A program made the position numbers and the translations under genes. This document shows positions 19,578 to 28,012 of a stretch of DNA of 64,000 nt, one piece after another; positions within the stretch are counted from its first letter, which is position 1, and each line of letters opens with the position of its first letter. The notes under the pieces were generated by a model. That model was not told where the DNA came from. It saw only the letters and a program-made list of their open reading frames with translations, and searched no databases. This DNA comes from Candidatus Norongarragalinales archaeon (GTDB lineage: Archaea; Micrarchaeota; Micrarchaeia; Norongarragalinales; Norongarragalinaceae): NCBI GenBank assembly GCA_038884755.1, contig JAWABJ010000001.1, positions 153,792 to 217,791 of the forward strand. Reading direction: 5' to 3'.

Positions 19578-19742
19578 ATGACTAGGGTGTTTCAAAAGGG
19601 AGTCAAGGCGAAAATAATTTCAGGAAGAAGGAAAGGGCAGATTGTCGAAATAACGGAAGTGGTGGACAACTCCTTCGTGAAAATAAAGACTGCGAAAGGC
19701 AAAGAGCGGAAGATGAATGCGAAGCACCTGCAGCCTGCTTGA
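19578..19742 (+). CDS. rpl14e: 50S ribosomal protein L14e (minimal, 54 aa)
   Basis: Manual translation MTRVFQKGVKAKIISGRRKGQIVEITEVVDNSFVKIKTAKGKERKMNAKHLQPA (KOW-like GRRKG; N-x-KHL-x-P end); GGTGG RBS; between cmk and cbf5. Below the ORF-track cutoff. Confidence 0.85.
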   Translation: MTRVFQKGVKAKIISGRRKGQIVEITEVVDNSFVKIKTAKGKERKMNAKHLQPA

Positions 19743-19743
19743 G

Positions 19744-19781
19744 CTTTTTGATAAAACTTTTTCGCAAAAAGTTTTCTTTTT
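19744..19781 (-). repeat. A/T palindromic element copy (family A, AAACTT subtype)
   Basis: Minus strand AAAACTTTTT-GCG-AAAAAGTTTT-ATC-AAAAAG; downstream of the C/D sRNA. Confidence 0.7.
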
Positions 19782-19804
19782 CCGAATCTTTCTTTGTTGA
19801 AGCG

Positions 19805-19847
19805 TTCTTTTCTTTACTCAATTTTTCTTTTCCTAAAAGAAAAATTG
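19805..19847 (-). repeat. A/T palindromic element copy (family A, AATT subtype)
   Basis: Minus strand CAATTTTTCTTTT-AGG-AAAAGAAAAATTG-AGT-AAAGAAAAGAA; abuts the sRNA 3' end. Confidence 0.8.
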
Positions 19848-19849
19848 GA

Positions 19850-19940
19850 GGGCTCGGTAGTCGTAATCTCATCATTCCGTTTTTTGATCAAACTTTTTAT
19901 AAAAAAGTTTGTCAGAGTCAAGCCTTTATCTTCATAGCCC
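19850..19940 (-). ncRNA. Box C/D sRNA with a palindromic insert between D' and C'
   Basis: Minus strand: GGGCT-ATGAAGA(C)-13 nt guide TAAAGGCTTGACT-CTGA(D')-insert-ATGATGA(C')-11 nt guide GATTACGACTA-CCGA(D)-GCCC; terminal stem GGGC/GCCC; TTTAAG TATA-like box about 20-25 nt upstream. Confidence 0.75.
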
Positions 19941-19988
19941 AATTACTTATTGAATATCTTAAACTATTATCTGTTTTCGTGGGTAGAA

Positions 19989-20912
19989 ATGATCGGTTTG
20001 CGCAAGGGCGACGGCAATTACGGCAAAAAGCCGAGCGAACGCACTCTTGACGAAAAGCTGCGCAAGGGCGTATTTGTTTTGGATAAGCCTTGCGGTCCTT
20101 CCTCCCACGAGGCTGCCGCGTTCGTGCGCAAGATTTTGGGTTTGAAGAAAGCTGGGCACAGCGGGACGCTGGATGCGAACGTTTCCGGCGTGCTGCCTGT
20201 TTTCCTCGAGGAGGCGACCAAGGCAGTACGGTATTTTCTCGGCGAGCGCAAGAAATACGTTTGCATAATGCGTTTGAACGAAAGGAAAAGTGCGAAGGAA
20301 ATCGAAGATGCTTTTTCGCATTTTAAAGGAAAAATCTACCAAAAGCCTCCTTTGGCGAGTGCTGTTGCTAAGAAACTGCGAGTGCGCGAAGTGTTCGGGT
20401 TGCGCGTGCTGGAAATCGACGGGAAGGACGTCTTGTTCGAGTGCGATGTGGAAGGCGGATTTTACGTGCGCAAGCTTTGCGCTGACGTGGGGGAGGTTTT
20501 GGGGTGCGGGGCGGCAATGCTGGAGCTGCGCAGGACTTACGCGGCCGGGTTTACCGAAGCGAAGGCGCATTCGCTGCAGGACTTGAGCGACGCGTTTTGG
20601 CTGTGGAAAGAGGTGGGAAACTCAAAAACGTTGGACGAGATGGTTTTCAATCTGGAAGACGTTTTGCATTTGAAGAAAGTCGTCGTGGACGATGGTGCGT
20701 TAAAACCAATTTCCACCGGCGCGAACCTCGCGATTCCTGGCATAGTTGAAATGGACGATTCGATTGAAAAAGGCGAGAGCGTGCAAGTTTTGAGCGGAAA
20801 GGGAGAGGTAATCTGTTTTGCCAAAGCATTGTTCAGTTCGAAGGAAATAGCCGAGAAGGAAAGGAAGGGGCATGGTGGTTTGGCGTTCGACATCGAACGC
20901 GTTTTGCTTTGA
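19989..20912 (+). CDS. cbf5: H/ACA RNA-guided pseudouridine synthase Cbf5
   Basis: LDKPCGPSSHE, GHSGTLD (catalytic Asp), IYQKPP, C-terminal PUA domain. Confidence 0.95.
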   Translation: MIGLRKGDGNYGKKPSERTLDEKLRKGVFVLDKPCGPSSHEAAAFVRKILGLKKAGHSGTLDANVSGVLPVFLEEATKAVRYFLGERKKYVCIMRLNERKSAKEIEDAFSHFKGKIYQKPPLASAVAKKLRVREVFGLRVLEIDGKDVLFECDVEGGFYVRKLCADVGEVLGCGAAMLELRRTYAAGFTEAKAHSLQDLSDAFWLWKEVGNSKTLDEMVFNLEDVLHLKKVVVDDGALKPISTGANLAIPGIVEMDDSIEKGESVQVLSGKGEVICFAKALFSSKEIAEKERKGHGGLAFDIERVLL

Positions 20913-21040
20913 GTTTTTTTGCGCATCGAAAGGGTTTTTAAATCGGTGTAGAATAGTGTTATACTGGAAAATTAAAGGCTCACGGAGCTCTCTGTTTTTC
21001 CCGAAGGTTTTTAACCGCGAGAAAGCAAATTCTTTCTTGC

Positions 21041-21236
21041 GCCGGGATGGCAGAGTGGTTAATGCGCACGCTTGGAAAGTCTTTTTCTGGTTGCTCTTTT
21101 TCGAGCGTACCGAAAACTTCCCTTACAGCGTGTGGCCGAAAGGCCTCCTGAGTTCGAAAGCTTTTCTTTCTTTGCAAAAGAAAGAAAACCTTGGAAAAGA
21201 AAGAAAACGCGAGAGACGAGATTCTCAGTCCCGGCG
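21041..21236 (+). tRNA. tRNA-Ser(GGA) with two introns (~21078-21126 anticodon loop; 21159-21222 T-loop 59/60)
   Basis: Removing both inserts gives GCCGGGATGGCAGAGTGGTTAATGCGCACGCTTGGAAAGCGTGTGGCCGAAAGGCCTCCTGAGTTCGAATCTCAGTCCCGGCG with long variable arm and G73. T-loop BHB: TTCG/CGAG helix with AA|A and AT|T bulges. Anticodon intron boundaries are ambiguous by 1-2 nt. Confidence 0.88.
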
Positions 21237-21261
21237 CTTTCGCTTTACAATAGTTTAAACG

Positions 21262-21933
21262 GTGTCATCGAGTTTGGCTGACGACAAGTCTGTAAAGAAG
21301 GAACAAAACGTAAGGACAGAGCAAAAGAAAAGCTCTTTTCAACCCCAGCCGCAGCTTCCTTCGAAACTCGTCAAGCGCAAGGACAAGGAGTCGAAAGACT
21401 TTCGCGGGATAGTGCGCGTTGTAGGACGGGACGTTGACGGGCACTTGACTGTCGCCGAGTCGTTAAGGAAAGTGAAAGGGCTCGGGTACAATCTGGGGAC
21501 CAACCTCGGCGGGATTGTTTCGACCAAACTCGGCATTCCTTTGAGTGAATTGATCGGAAACCTTTCCGAAGAGCAGTTCGTAAAGCTTGAAGATGTCGTG
21601 CGTTTTCCGCAGAATTATGGAGTGAAATCGTTTTTGCTCAACCGCCAGAAGGATTACGATTCTGGAGAGAATAAGCATTTGGTGATGTCCGACTTGACTT
21701 TCTCCCTGCGTCAGGATGTCGTGAGAGAACGGGATTCGAAGACCTACCGGGGATGGAGGCACGCGATCGGACAGAGAGTGCGCGGGCAGCACTCGCGCAC
21801 TACCGGCAGGAGCGGAATGGCCGTGGGCGTTTTGAAGAAGGCGATCAAGGCACAGAAAGCCGCGGCAGCGACCGGCGCGCAGGAAAAGTCTTCCACCGCG
21901 CCAGCGGCTGCGAAGGAAGAGAAGAAAAAGTGA
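21262..21933 (+). CDS. rps13: 30S ribosomal protein S13
   Basis: FRGIVRVVGRD, LNRQKD, YRGWRHAIGQRVRGQHSRTTGR; N- and C-terminal extensions; start uncertain. Confidence 0.95.
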   Translation: MSSSLADDKSVKKEQNVRTEQKKSSFQPQPQLPSKLVKRKDKESKDFRGIVRVVGRDVDGHLTVAESLRKVKGLGYNLGTNLGGIVSTKLGIPLSELIGNLSEEQFVKLEDVVRFPQNYGVKSFLLNRQKDYDSGENKHLVMSDLTFSLRQDVVRERDSKTYRGWRHAIGQRVRGQHSRTTGRSGMAVGVLKKAIKAQKAAAATGAQEKSSTAPAAAKEEKKK

Positions 21934-21956
21934 TTTTTGCTTTTGAAGTGATTTGA

Positions 21957-22517
21957 ATGGGAGACCCTGTCAGGAAATCAAAGAAATTCGAAAAGCCTAA
22001 AAGACTGTGGGACAAGCCCAGAATCGAGGCGGAAAAGGCCTTGAGGAACGAATTCGGGCTGAAGAACGCGCGGGAATTGTGGAGAATGCAGACTTTGCTC
22101 AGGCGCATCAGGCGCGAGGCGCGGAGGCTTTTGAGCGGCAAGGGCTCGCAGGCCGAAGAGCGGGCGAAGAAACTCCTGTCGCGCGTGCAGCGGTTGTTTT
22201 TACAGAAGGCGGACGCGACGCTGGACGACTTGCTTTCGCTGAACGTCAAGGACATTTTGAGCCGAAGGCTGCAGAGCGTGGTGGTGCGAAAGGGTTTCGC
22301 GAAGACCATGCATCAGGCCAGGCAGTTCATCACGCACGGGCACATTTCCATAGGCGGGAGGAAAGTTTCCGCGCCTTCGTACCTGGTTTCTTTCGACGAG
22401 GAATCGAAAGTGGAATGGTTCAAGAAGCCCGTTGCCGTCGAGCAAAAGCCGGTCGTTGCAGAAGCGGCCGAAGGCAAGGAAAAGGAGAAAGTTGAGAGCG
22501 TGAGTGCGAATGGCTGA
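21957..22517 (+). CDS. rps4: 30S ribosomal protein S4
   Basis: [33 protein letters not shown]. Confidence 0.97.
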   Translation: MGDPVRKSKKFEKPKRLWDKPRIEAEKALRNEFGLKNARELWRMQTLLRRIRREARRLLSGKGSQAEERAKKLLSRVQRLFLQKADATLDDLLSLNVKDILSRRLQSVVVRKGFAKTMHQARQFITHGHISIGGRKVSAPSYLVSFDEESKVEWFKKPVAVEQKPVVAEAAEGKEKEKVESVSANG

Positions 22518-22977
22518 AACGGCATCGCTTCCAAAGCAAGAGGAGATGCGCGAGAGGCGCAGTCATTTTGACGACCGCAGGGTTTTGCTTACCGAAGGGA
22601 AATGGGGGGTTGCTCACGTTTTCTCTTCTAAAAATGATACGATAATCACGATTACGGACTTGAGCGGCGCTGAAACGATTTCGACCGGAAGCGGAGGCAT
22701 GATAGTCAAGAGCGACCGCGAAGAGGGAAGCCCTTACGCTGCTATGCAAGCCGCTTTCCGCGCTTCTGCCAAGGCGAAAGAACGCGGGGTTGTCGGAGTG
22801 CACGTGCGCGTTCGCGCGCCCGGCGGGCACCGCTCGAAAACTCCCGGCCCAGGCGCGCAGGCGGCGATACGCGCGTTGGCGAGAAGCGGGCTGCGAATAG
22901 GAAAAATAGAAGACGTCACTCCCTTGCCTACGGACACTACGAAGCGCAAGGGCGGAAAAAGGGGAAGGAGAGTTTAA
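22510..22977 (+). CDS. rps11: 30S ribosomal protein S11
   Basis: [46 protein letters not shown]. Confidence 0.97.
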   Translation: MAETASLPKQEEMRERRSHFDDRRVLLTEGKWGVAHVFSSKNDTIITITDLSGAETISTGSGGMIVKSDREEGSPYAAMQAAFRASAKAKERGVVGVHVRVRAPGGHRSKTPGPGAQAAIRALARSGLRIGKIEDVTPLPTDTTKRKGGKRGRRV

Positions 22978-22989
22978 GGGGGATTTGCA

Positions 22990-23688
22990 ATGAAGGTTTT
23001 CAGCGAGGACGAGAAGACTCTCGTGTTGGTTTCGGAAAAGGAAACTCCCGCGTTGTTGAACGCAATGCGCAGGGCGGTGATTTCCGAAATCCCAGCGATG
23101 GCAATCAGCGAAGTGGATTTTTACGAGAACAATTCCGCCTTGTTCAACGAGTATTTGGCGAACCGCATGGGCTTGATTCCCTTGAGCTGGGAGGAAGGTG
23201 TGGAAGACGACGTGAAAATGTCATTTTCCTTGAACGCCGAGGCGGTCGAAGAGCCCAAGACCGTGTACAGCCGAGACCTGGTTTCTTCCGACGAGAAAAT
23301 CAAGGTTTATTCGGAAAACATTCCCATTGTAGTATTGAACAAGGGGCAAAAGTTGAGGCTGGAGGCTTTCGCGGTGAAAGGCACTGCGAAAACGCACGCG
23401 CGCTTCCAGAGTGCGTTGGCTTACTACGGGAAGGCAGGAGAGTTCAAGGCGGGAGAAAAGTGCAAGAAATGCTCTTCTCCCCTGGTTTCCTTTCCGGCAA
23501 TAGCGGGAAAGAAAGACTTGCCAGAAAACAGCTTTCTCTGCGCCAATTGCTCCAAGCCAGATGGCGAGGGCAAAGAGTTTTTGTTTGTAGTCGAATCTTT
23601 CAACAACCTTTCGGCGAGAGAGCAGTACGAACGGGCGTTGAAAGTCATGGAGGAAAAAGCCAAGGCTTTGGAAAAAGAATTCAAGTGA
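22990..23688 (+). CDS. rpo3: RNA polymerase subunit D (Rpo3)
   Basis: NAMRRAVISEIP, ENNSALFNEYLANRMGLIP, HARFQ, FVVES; position after S11. Confidence 0.93.
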   Translation: MKVFSEDEKTLVLVSEKETPALLNAMRRAVISEIPAMAISEVDFYENNSALFNEYLANRMGLIPLSWEEGVEDDVKMSFSLNAEAVEEPKTVYSRDLVSSDEKIKVYSENIPIVVLNKGQKLRLEAFAVKGTAKTHARFQSALAYYGKAGEFKAGEKCKKCSSPLVSFPAIAGKKDLPENSFLCANCSKPDGEGKEFLFVVESFNNLSAREQYERALKVMEEKAKALEKEFK

Positions 23689-23692
23689 GCGC

Positions 23693-23944
23693 ATGAGGGC
23701 GAGGGTTTTTCCCAACGCAAAAGAGTTTTGCGTTTCGTTCGGCGAAGGCATTTTGAAAGTGCGCGTTTGCGCGCCGGCCGAAGGAGGCCGGGCGAACAAA
23801 GAGCTCGTGCGGATGCTTTCAAAGCTGCTTGGGGTGAAGGTCGAGGTCGTCCGCGGCTTGAAGTCGCGGGATAAAGAGATTTTGTTCGAGGATTTGAGCG
23901 AAAAAGAGGTTGTGGAAAAGGTTAATTCCCTCTCAAGCCAATAA
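23693..23944 (+). CDS. DUF167 / UPF0235 (YggU-like) protein
   Basis: VFPNAK...VCAPAEGGRANKELV...VVRGLKSRDK. Confidence 0.88.
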   Translation: MRARVFPNAKEFCVSFGEGILKVRVCAPAEGGRANKELVRMLSKLLGVKVEVVRGLKSRDKEILFEDLSEKEVVEKVNSLSSQ

Positions 23945-23956
23945 GTTTGGTTCTGA

Positions 23957-24041
23957 GCAGGGGTGGCAGAGCCTGGTCAAATGCGCTAGCTTGAGGTGCT
24001 AGTCTCTTAGGAGTTCGGGGGTTCAAATCCCTCCCCCTGCA
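23957..24041 (+). tRNA. tRNA-Leu(GAG), intronless
   Basis: GCAGGGG acceptor stem, anticodon arm CTAGC-TTGAGGT-GCTAG, long variable arm, GTTCAAATC, A73. Confidence 0.95.
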
Positions 24042-24090
24042 TTGAATTTTTCTTTTAGAAAAAGAAAAATTCAGTAAAGAAAAACGAAAA
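24042..24090 (+). repeat. A/T palindromic element copy (family A, AATT subtype) flush with the tRNA-Leu 3' end
   Basis: TTGAATTTTTCTTTT-AGA-AAAAGAAAAATTCA-GT-AAAGAAAAAC; near-identical to the tRNA-Gly anticodon intron. Confidence 0.85.
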
Positions 24091-24114
24091 TGTTCGAAAA
24101 GAGTTGGAAACAAA

Positions 24115-24486
24115 ATGAAGAAATCCAAATTCAGAGGACCTGAAAGTTCCGAAGTCAAGGCGCTCGTTGCGTTTTTGGAAAAAACCGTGCGCAAGTCGCA
24201 TTCGAGAGCGTGGGCCAGCGTAGCCTCGTTCATGCTGAAGCCCGCGCGCGTGAAGAAAGGCAAGGCGGTTAACTTGTACAAACTGGAAAAAATCGCGAAA
24301 GACGGGGACGTGATAGTTATCCCGGGCGTTTTGCTTGGCGTGGGAGACTTAAAGAAGAAAATTACTGTTGCCGCATTCAAGGCAAGCGAGAGCGCGAGGG
24401 CCAAGCTCGGAAAAAATCTTGTTTCCATAAGGGCGCTGGCGGAGAAAAACCCAGAGGGAAAGAAAGTGAGGATAGTGATAGGCTGA
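24115..24486 (+). CDS. rpl18e: 50S ribosomal protein L18e
   Basis: AVNLYKLEK, VIPGVLLGVG, TVAAFKASESA; precedes L13 and S9. Confidence 0.92.
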   Translation: MKKSKFRGPESSEVKALVAFLEKTVRKSHSRAWASVASFMLKPARVKKGKAVNLYKLEKIAKDGDVIVIPGVLLGVGDLKKKITVAAFKASESARAKLGKNLVSIRALAEKNPEGKKVRIVIG

Positions 24487-24511
24487 TGTTTTTGAGGAAA
24501 GCGTGGTTTGA

Positions 24512-24934
24512 ATGATTGTGATAAACGGGGAGAAAGCGGTTTTCGGTCGCGTGCTGGCGTTTGCAGCCAAGAAGCTTCAGGAAGGAGAGGACGTGGTGGT
24601 CGTAAACGCGGAAAAGACGGTAATTTCCGGAAATCCAGAGCGGATAATAGCGCGTTATCACGCGAAGCGCGGGATATCCAACAAGGGCAATCCCGAGCAC
24701 GCACCAAAATTCCCGGTCCGCCCGGACTTGTTTTTGAAGTACATTTTAAGGGGAATGCTCCCGAAGAAAAAAGCTAGCGGGAAGAAGGCGAGGGAAAAGT
24801 TCAAGGCGTTTTTGGGAATGCCGAAGGAATTCGAAGGAAAGGCGCAAAAGTTTTACAAGACTTCCGAAGACTTGAGCGTAAGCTTCGTTTCGCTCGAGGA
24901 AATCTGCAAGAGGCTAGGCTGGAAGAGGGCTTGA
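24512..24934 (+). CDS. rpl13: 50S ribosomal protein L13
   Basis: VVVVNAEKTVISG, RPD, RGMLP. Confidence 0.94.
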   Translation: MIVINGEKAVFGRVLAFAAKKLQEGEDVVVVNAEKTVISGNPERIIARYHAKRGISNKGNPEHAPKFPVRPDLFLKYILRGMLPKKKASGKKAREKFKAFLGMPKEFEGKAQKFYKTSEDLSVSFVSLEEICKRLGWKRA

Positions 24935-24956
24935 CTGTTGGAACGGTGTGTTGAAA

Positions 24957-25403
24957 ATGGCTGAAGATGCGGTGAAAAAGGAAGCTAAACCCAAGAAAAT
25001 TCGAAAGAAAAAGCAGGTCGTGGAAAGGGGCAAGCGAAAGGAAGCGATAGCCCGCGCTTCAATCAAGGCAGGAAAGGGCGTGATTCGCGTTAACGGAATA
25101 GCGCTTACTGCGTTTCCCAACCCTTACGCCAGGCAAATCATGGCCGAGCCGCTGTCTTTCTTGGACCAGCAGGATTTCGACATAGACGTTTCGGTCCGCG
25201 GCGGGGGAGTGATGGGGCAGGCGCAGGCAGTGCGCACCGCAATAGCAAGAGCAATCCTGGCGTTCAAGAAGGGCAGCGAAGAGCTGAAAAAAGCGTTCGT
25301 CGATTACGACCGGTTTATTCTTGTCGAAGACGCGAGGCGCGTGGAGCCCAAGAAGTTCAAGGGGCCAAAGGCGCGCGCTCGCTTTACTAAATCATACCGT
25401 TAA
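24957..25403 (+). CDS. rps9: 30S ribosomal protein S9
   Basis: GKRKEAIARA, GGGVMGQAQA, EPKKFKGPKARARFTKSYR. Confidence 0.96.
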   Translation: MAEDAVKKEAKPKKIRKKKQVVERGKRKEAIARASIKAGKGVIRVNGIALTAFPNPYARQIMAEPLSFLDQQDFDIDVSVRGGGVMGQAQAVRTAIARAILAFKKGSEELKKAFVDYDRFILVEDARRVEPKKFKGPKARARFTKSYR

Positions 25404-25421
25404 AATGGGGTGTTTGTGAAA

Positions 25422-25619
25422 ATGTTGATTCCCGTGCGTTGTTTTACTTGCGGCAAGCCAGTCGCCGAGTATTGGGAGTCTTTCGAAGAGCGCACTTCGA
25501 AAGGTGAGGATGCAGGCAAGGTTTTAAGCGAATTGGGCTTGAACCGTTATTGCTGCAGGAGAATGTTCCTGGGGCAAGTGGACCTGATGGACGAAATCCT
25601 GCCCTACCAGAGGTTTTAA
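25422..25619 (+). CDS. rpo10: RNA polymerase subunit N (Rpo10)
   Basis: MLIPVRCFTCG...RYCCRRM. Confidence 0.97.
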   Translation: MLIPVRCFTCGKPVAEYWESFEERTSKGEDAGKVLSELGLNRYCCRRMFLGQVDLMDEILPYQRF

Positions 25620-25648
25620 CTTTTTCTCGACACCCCATTAGTAGAGAT

Positions 25649-25721
25649 GGGGCTGTGGGGTAGCCTGGTATCCTGCATGGCTGGGGGCCATGCGACCTGA
25701 GTTCGAATCTCAGCAGCCCCA
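25649..25721 (+). tRNA. tRNA-Pro(GGG), intronless
   Basis: GGGGCTG acceptor, anticodon arm CATGG-CTGGGGG-CCATG, T-arm CTGAG-TTCGAAT-CTCAG. Confidence 0.95.
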
Positions 25722-25734
25722 CTGTTTTTTTTTC

Positions 25735-27003
25735 ATGCCACCTGAGGCTTCAAAAATGGACAAAAAAAAGGCAATGCTCTGGATATTGTTTTCGGTCGTG
25801 TTTCTTGATCTGCTGGGCTTCGGCTTGGTAATCCCTATTTTCGCGCCTTTGTTCATCAACCCTTCCTACGGACTGCTTCCTTTGGACTACTCTTACGAAA
25901 CGCGCGCGGTTTTGCTCGGTTTGTTTCTCGGCTCTTACGCGATGATGATGTTCTTTTCCACTCCCATTCTCGGCGCGCTGTCGGACAAGCACGGCCGCAA
26001 GAAGCTCTTGATTTTTTCACTCGCGGGAACGGTAGTAGGGTATTTGATTATCGGCGCAGGCGTTTTTACTAAAAACGTTTGGCTGATGTTCGCAGGCCGC
26101 ATTCTCGACGGGATTACGGGCGGCAACATTTCAATCGCGCAAGCCGCTATCGCTGATTTGAGCGACGAGAAATCGAAAGCAAAAAACTTTGGTTTGATAG
26201 GCATGGCTTTCGGGCTGGGTTTCATCATCGGCCCGTTTTTGGGCGGAAAGCTTTCCGACCCGAACGTGGTTTCGTGGTTCAATACCGCGACGCCGTTCTG
26301 GTTTACCGCCGCGTTTTCCCTCTGCGCCTTGCTCTTGCTCGCATGGCGTTTTGAAGAGACTCTGGAGAAAAAGAACGAGCGCATCAAAATCGACGCTTTC
26401 ACTGGCTTGCGCAACGTTGCGAAAGGCCTTGCCATGCGCAATTTGCGCGTGATGTTTGCGGTGCTTATGCTTTTTGCCTTCGGCTTCACTTTCTTCAACC
26501 AGTTTTTCCAAGTGTTTTTGATAAAACGCTTTTCATTCACTCCCGCGCAGATAGGAGATTTCTTCGCTTTCTTCGGGCTGTGCGCCGCATTAACGCAAGG
26601 CGTGATAGTGCGCTGGGTTTCCCCTCGCTTTCCTCCTGAATCCGTGCTTTCCAAAAGCCTGCTGGGCATTTCGTTGTGCATGGCCGCCACGCTGCTCGTT
26701 CCCCAAGCTTGGGGGTTGTACCTGCTCGTGCCTTTGCTTTCTGTCTTTCAAGGGCTTTCCTTCCCCAACACCACCGCCCTTATGTCCAACCTCGCTGGCA
26801 AAGAGTCGCAAGGCGAGATTCTCGGCATAAGCACTTCCATCCAGTCGCTGGGAATGGCTTTGCCGCCTCTGGTTGCAGGACTGATAGCTGCATTGGACTA
26901 TACTTTCCCCGTGTTAGCTGCCAGTTTACTCATGCTTTTAGCTTGGGCGGTTTTCGTTTTTTCCTTCAAGCCTTCTTTGAAACAAGCGTTTCACGAAGCG
27001 TGA
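25735..27003 (+). CDS. MFS transporter (TetA/DHA1-like)
   Basis: GALSDKHGRK motif A, GRILDGITGG, GFIIGPFLGG motif C, about 12 TMs. Confidence 0.92.
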   Translation: MPPEASKMDKKKAMLWILFSVVFLDLLGFGLVIPIFAPLFINPSYGLLPLDYSYETRAVLLGLFLGSYAMMMFFSTPILGALSDKHGRKKLLIFSLAGTVVGYLIIGAGVFTKNVWLMFAGRILDGITGGNISIAQAAIADLSDEKSKAKNFGLIGMAFGLGFIIGPFLGGKLSDPNVVSWFNTATPFWFTAAFSLCALLLLAWRFEETLEKKNERIKIDAFTGLRNVAKGLAMRNLRVMFAVLMLFAFGFTFFNQFFQVFLIKRFSFTPAQIGDFFAFFGLCAALTQGVIVRWVSPRFPPESVLSKSLLGISLCMAATLLVPQAWGLYLLVPLLSVFQGLSFPNTTALMSNLAGKESQGEILGISTSIQSLGMALPPLVAGLIAALDYTFPVLAASLLMLLAWAVFVFSFKPSLKQAFHEA

Positions 27004-27923
27004 GTTTCGTCGTCAAGCTCTTTCTTCGACTTCCAAAAGAAGAATCCTATAACGGCGAAGGTGATTGCTCCCGAAGTCCACTCGGGAATGTGCATTCCGA
27101 AAGCGTTCAAAATCATTATGCAACCCAAGAAAAGCACGGAGTACATTGCGCCGTTCTTCAAGTACCCGTATTTCTTTACCCGTTCGATGTTGCTTATGGT
27201 CAACTGGCGCACGGCAATTGCTCCCAATCCGCTTCCGATTATTATCAATGGCACAGAGAAAGTGAATGCGAACGCTCCAAGCACCCCGTCGATGGAGAAC
27301 GTTGCGTCTATGACTTCCAAGTACATTATCTTGCTCCAGTCGCTCAAGTGCGTTCCTTCGTGCATTAATTCCCTTTCCTTCATTTCAGCGTTTTGTTTGA
27401 AGCCATGGGTAATGAAAAAAGCCGTCGAGCCCACGACCGCCCCGAAAGCCATCATGTCGTTCTTTTGGAGTGCAAACCACGTGAGTACCGTAAGCAGAAT
27501 TGCGACTACGGTGTAGAACCACACGCCCCTCTTGTAAATTGGCTCTTCCCAACTCATTCCGAACTTCTTTTTCTCGAGGAAAAGCCAGTTCAACCCCAGG
27601 AAAACCATGAACACTCCCGCCATCATTAGCAGCACGGGTTTGCTTTGTTCTATCTGTTCTGCAACCGCCGGGTCTTCGCTCAAGGTTGCGGTGAAAGAGC
27701 CTTGAATGCCGAGGGAAGGGTTTGAAACGAATATTATGAACCACGGCAGCAAGCCCCTGACCAGGAACACGGCGATGAGCATTCCCCAAAGCAAAAACCA
27801 CCTTTTCGCCTTTTCGCTCATCGTGTTCAAAACGTGGGCGTTTATGACCGCGTTGTCCACGCTCAGGATTAGCTCGAATACCGCCAATCCCAAAACAGCT
27901 AGAACTGCGGAAAAAACATCCAC
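26991..27923 (-). CDS. DUF475 / TerC-like membrane protein
   Basis: ELILSVDNAVINA and YLEVIDATFSIDGVLGAFA motifs; probable GTG start at 27923. Confidence 0.88.
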   Translation of the reverse strand: MDVFSAVLAVLGLAVFELILSVDNAVINAHVLNTMSEKAKRWFLLWGMLIAVFLVRGLLPWFIIFVSNPSLGIQGSFTATLSEDPAVAEQIEQSKPVLLMMAGVFMVFLGLNWLFLEKKKFGMSWEEPIYKRGVWFYTVVAILLTVLTWFALQKNDMMAFGAVVGSTAFFITHGFKQNAEMKERELMHEGTHLSDWSKIMYLEVIDATFSIDGVLGAFAFTFSVPLIIIGSGLGAIAVRQLTISNIERVKKYGYLKNGAMYSVLFLGCIMILNAFGMHIPEWTSGAITFAVIGFFFWKSKKELDDETHAS

Positions 27924-28012
27924 CTTGCAAACGCCCTTTTTTTCTTCCTGAAATTGAAAACTAGTTTCGAATTGCAAGGTTAATTAAGTTTTTCAAACCT
28001 TTTTCTATAACT

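Noticed and set aside
19603..21281. Lys/Phe-rich short ORFs over the element and tRNA regions (e.g. 19603-19875, 19739-20050, 20872-21258)
   Set aside because: Artefacts of A/T homopolymer hairpins and RNA genes.
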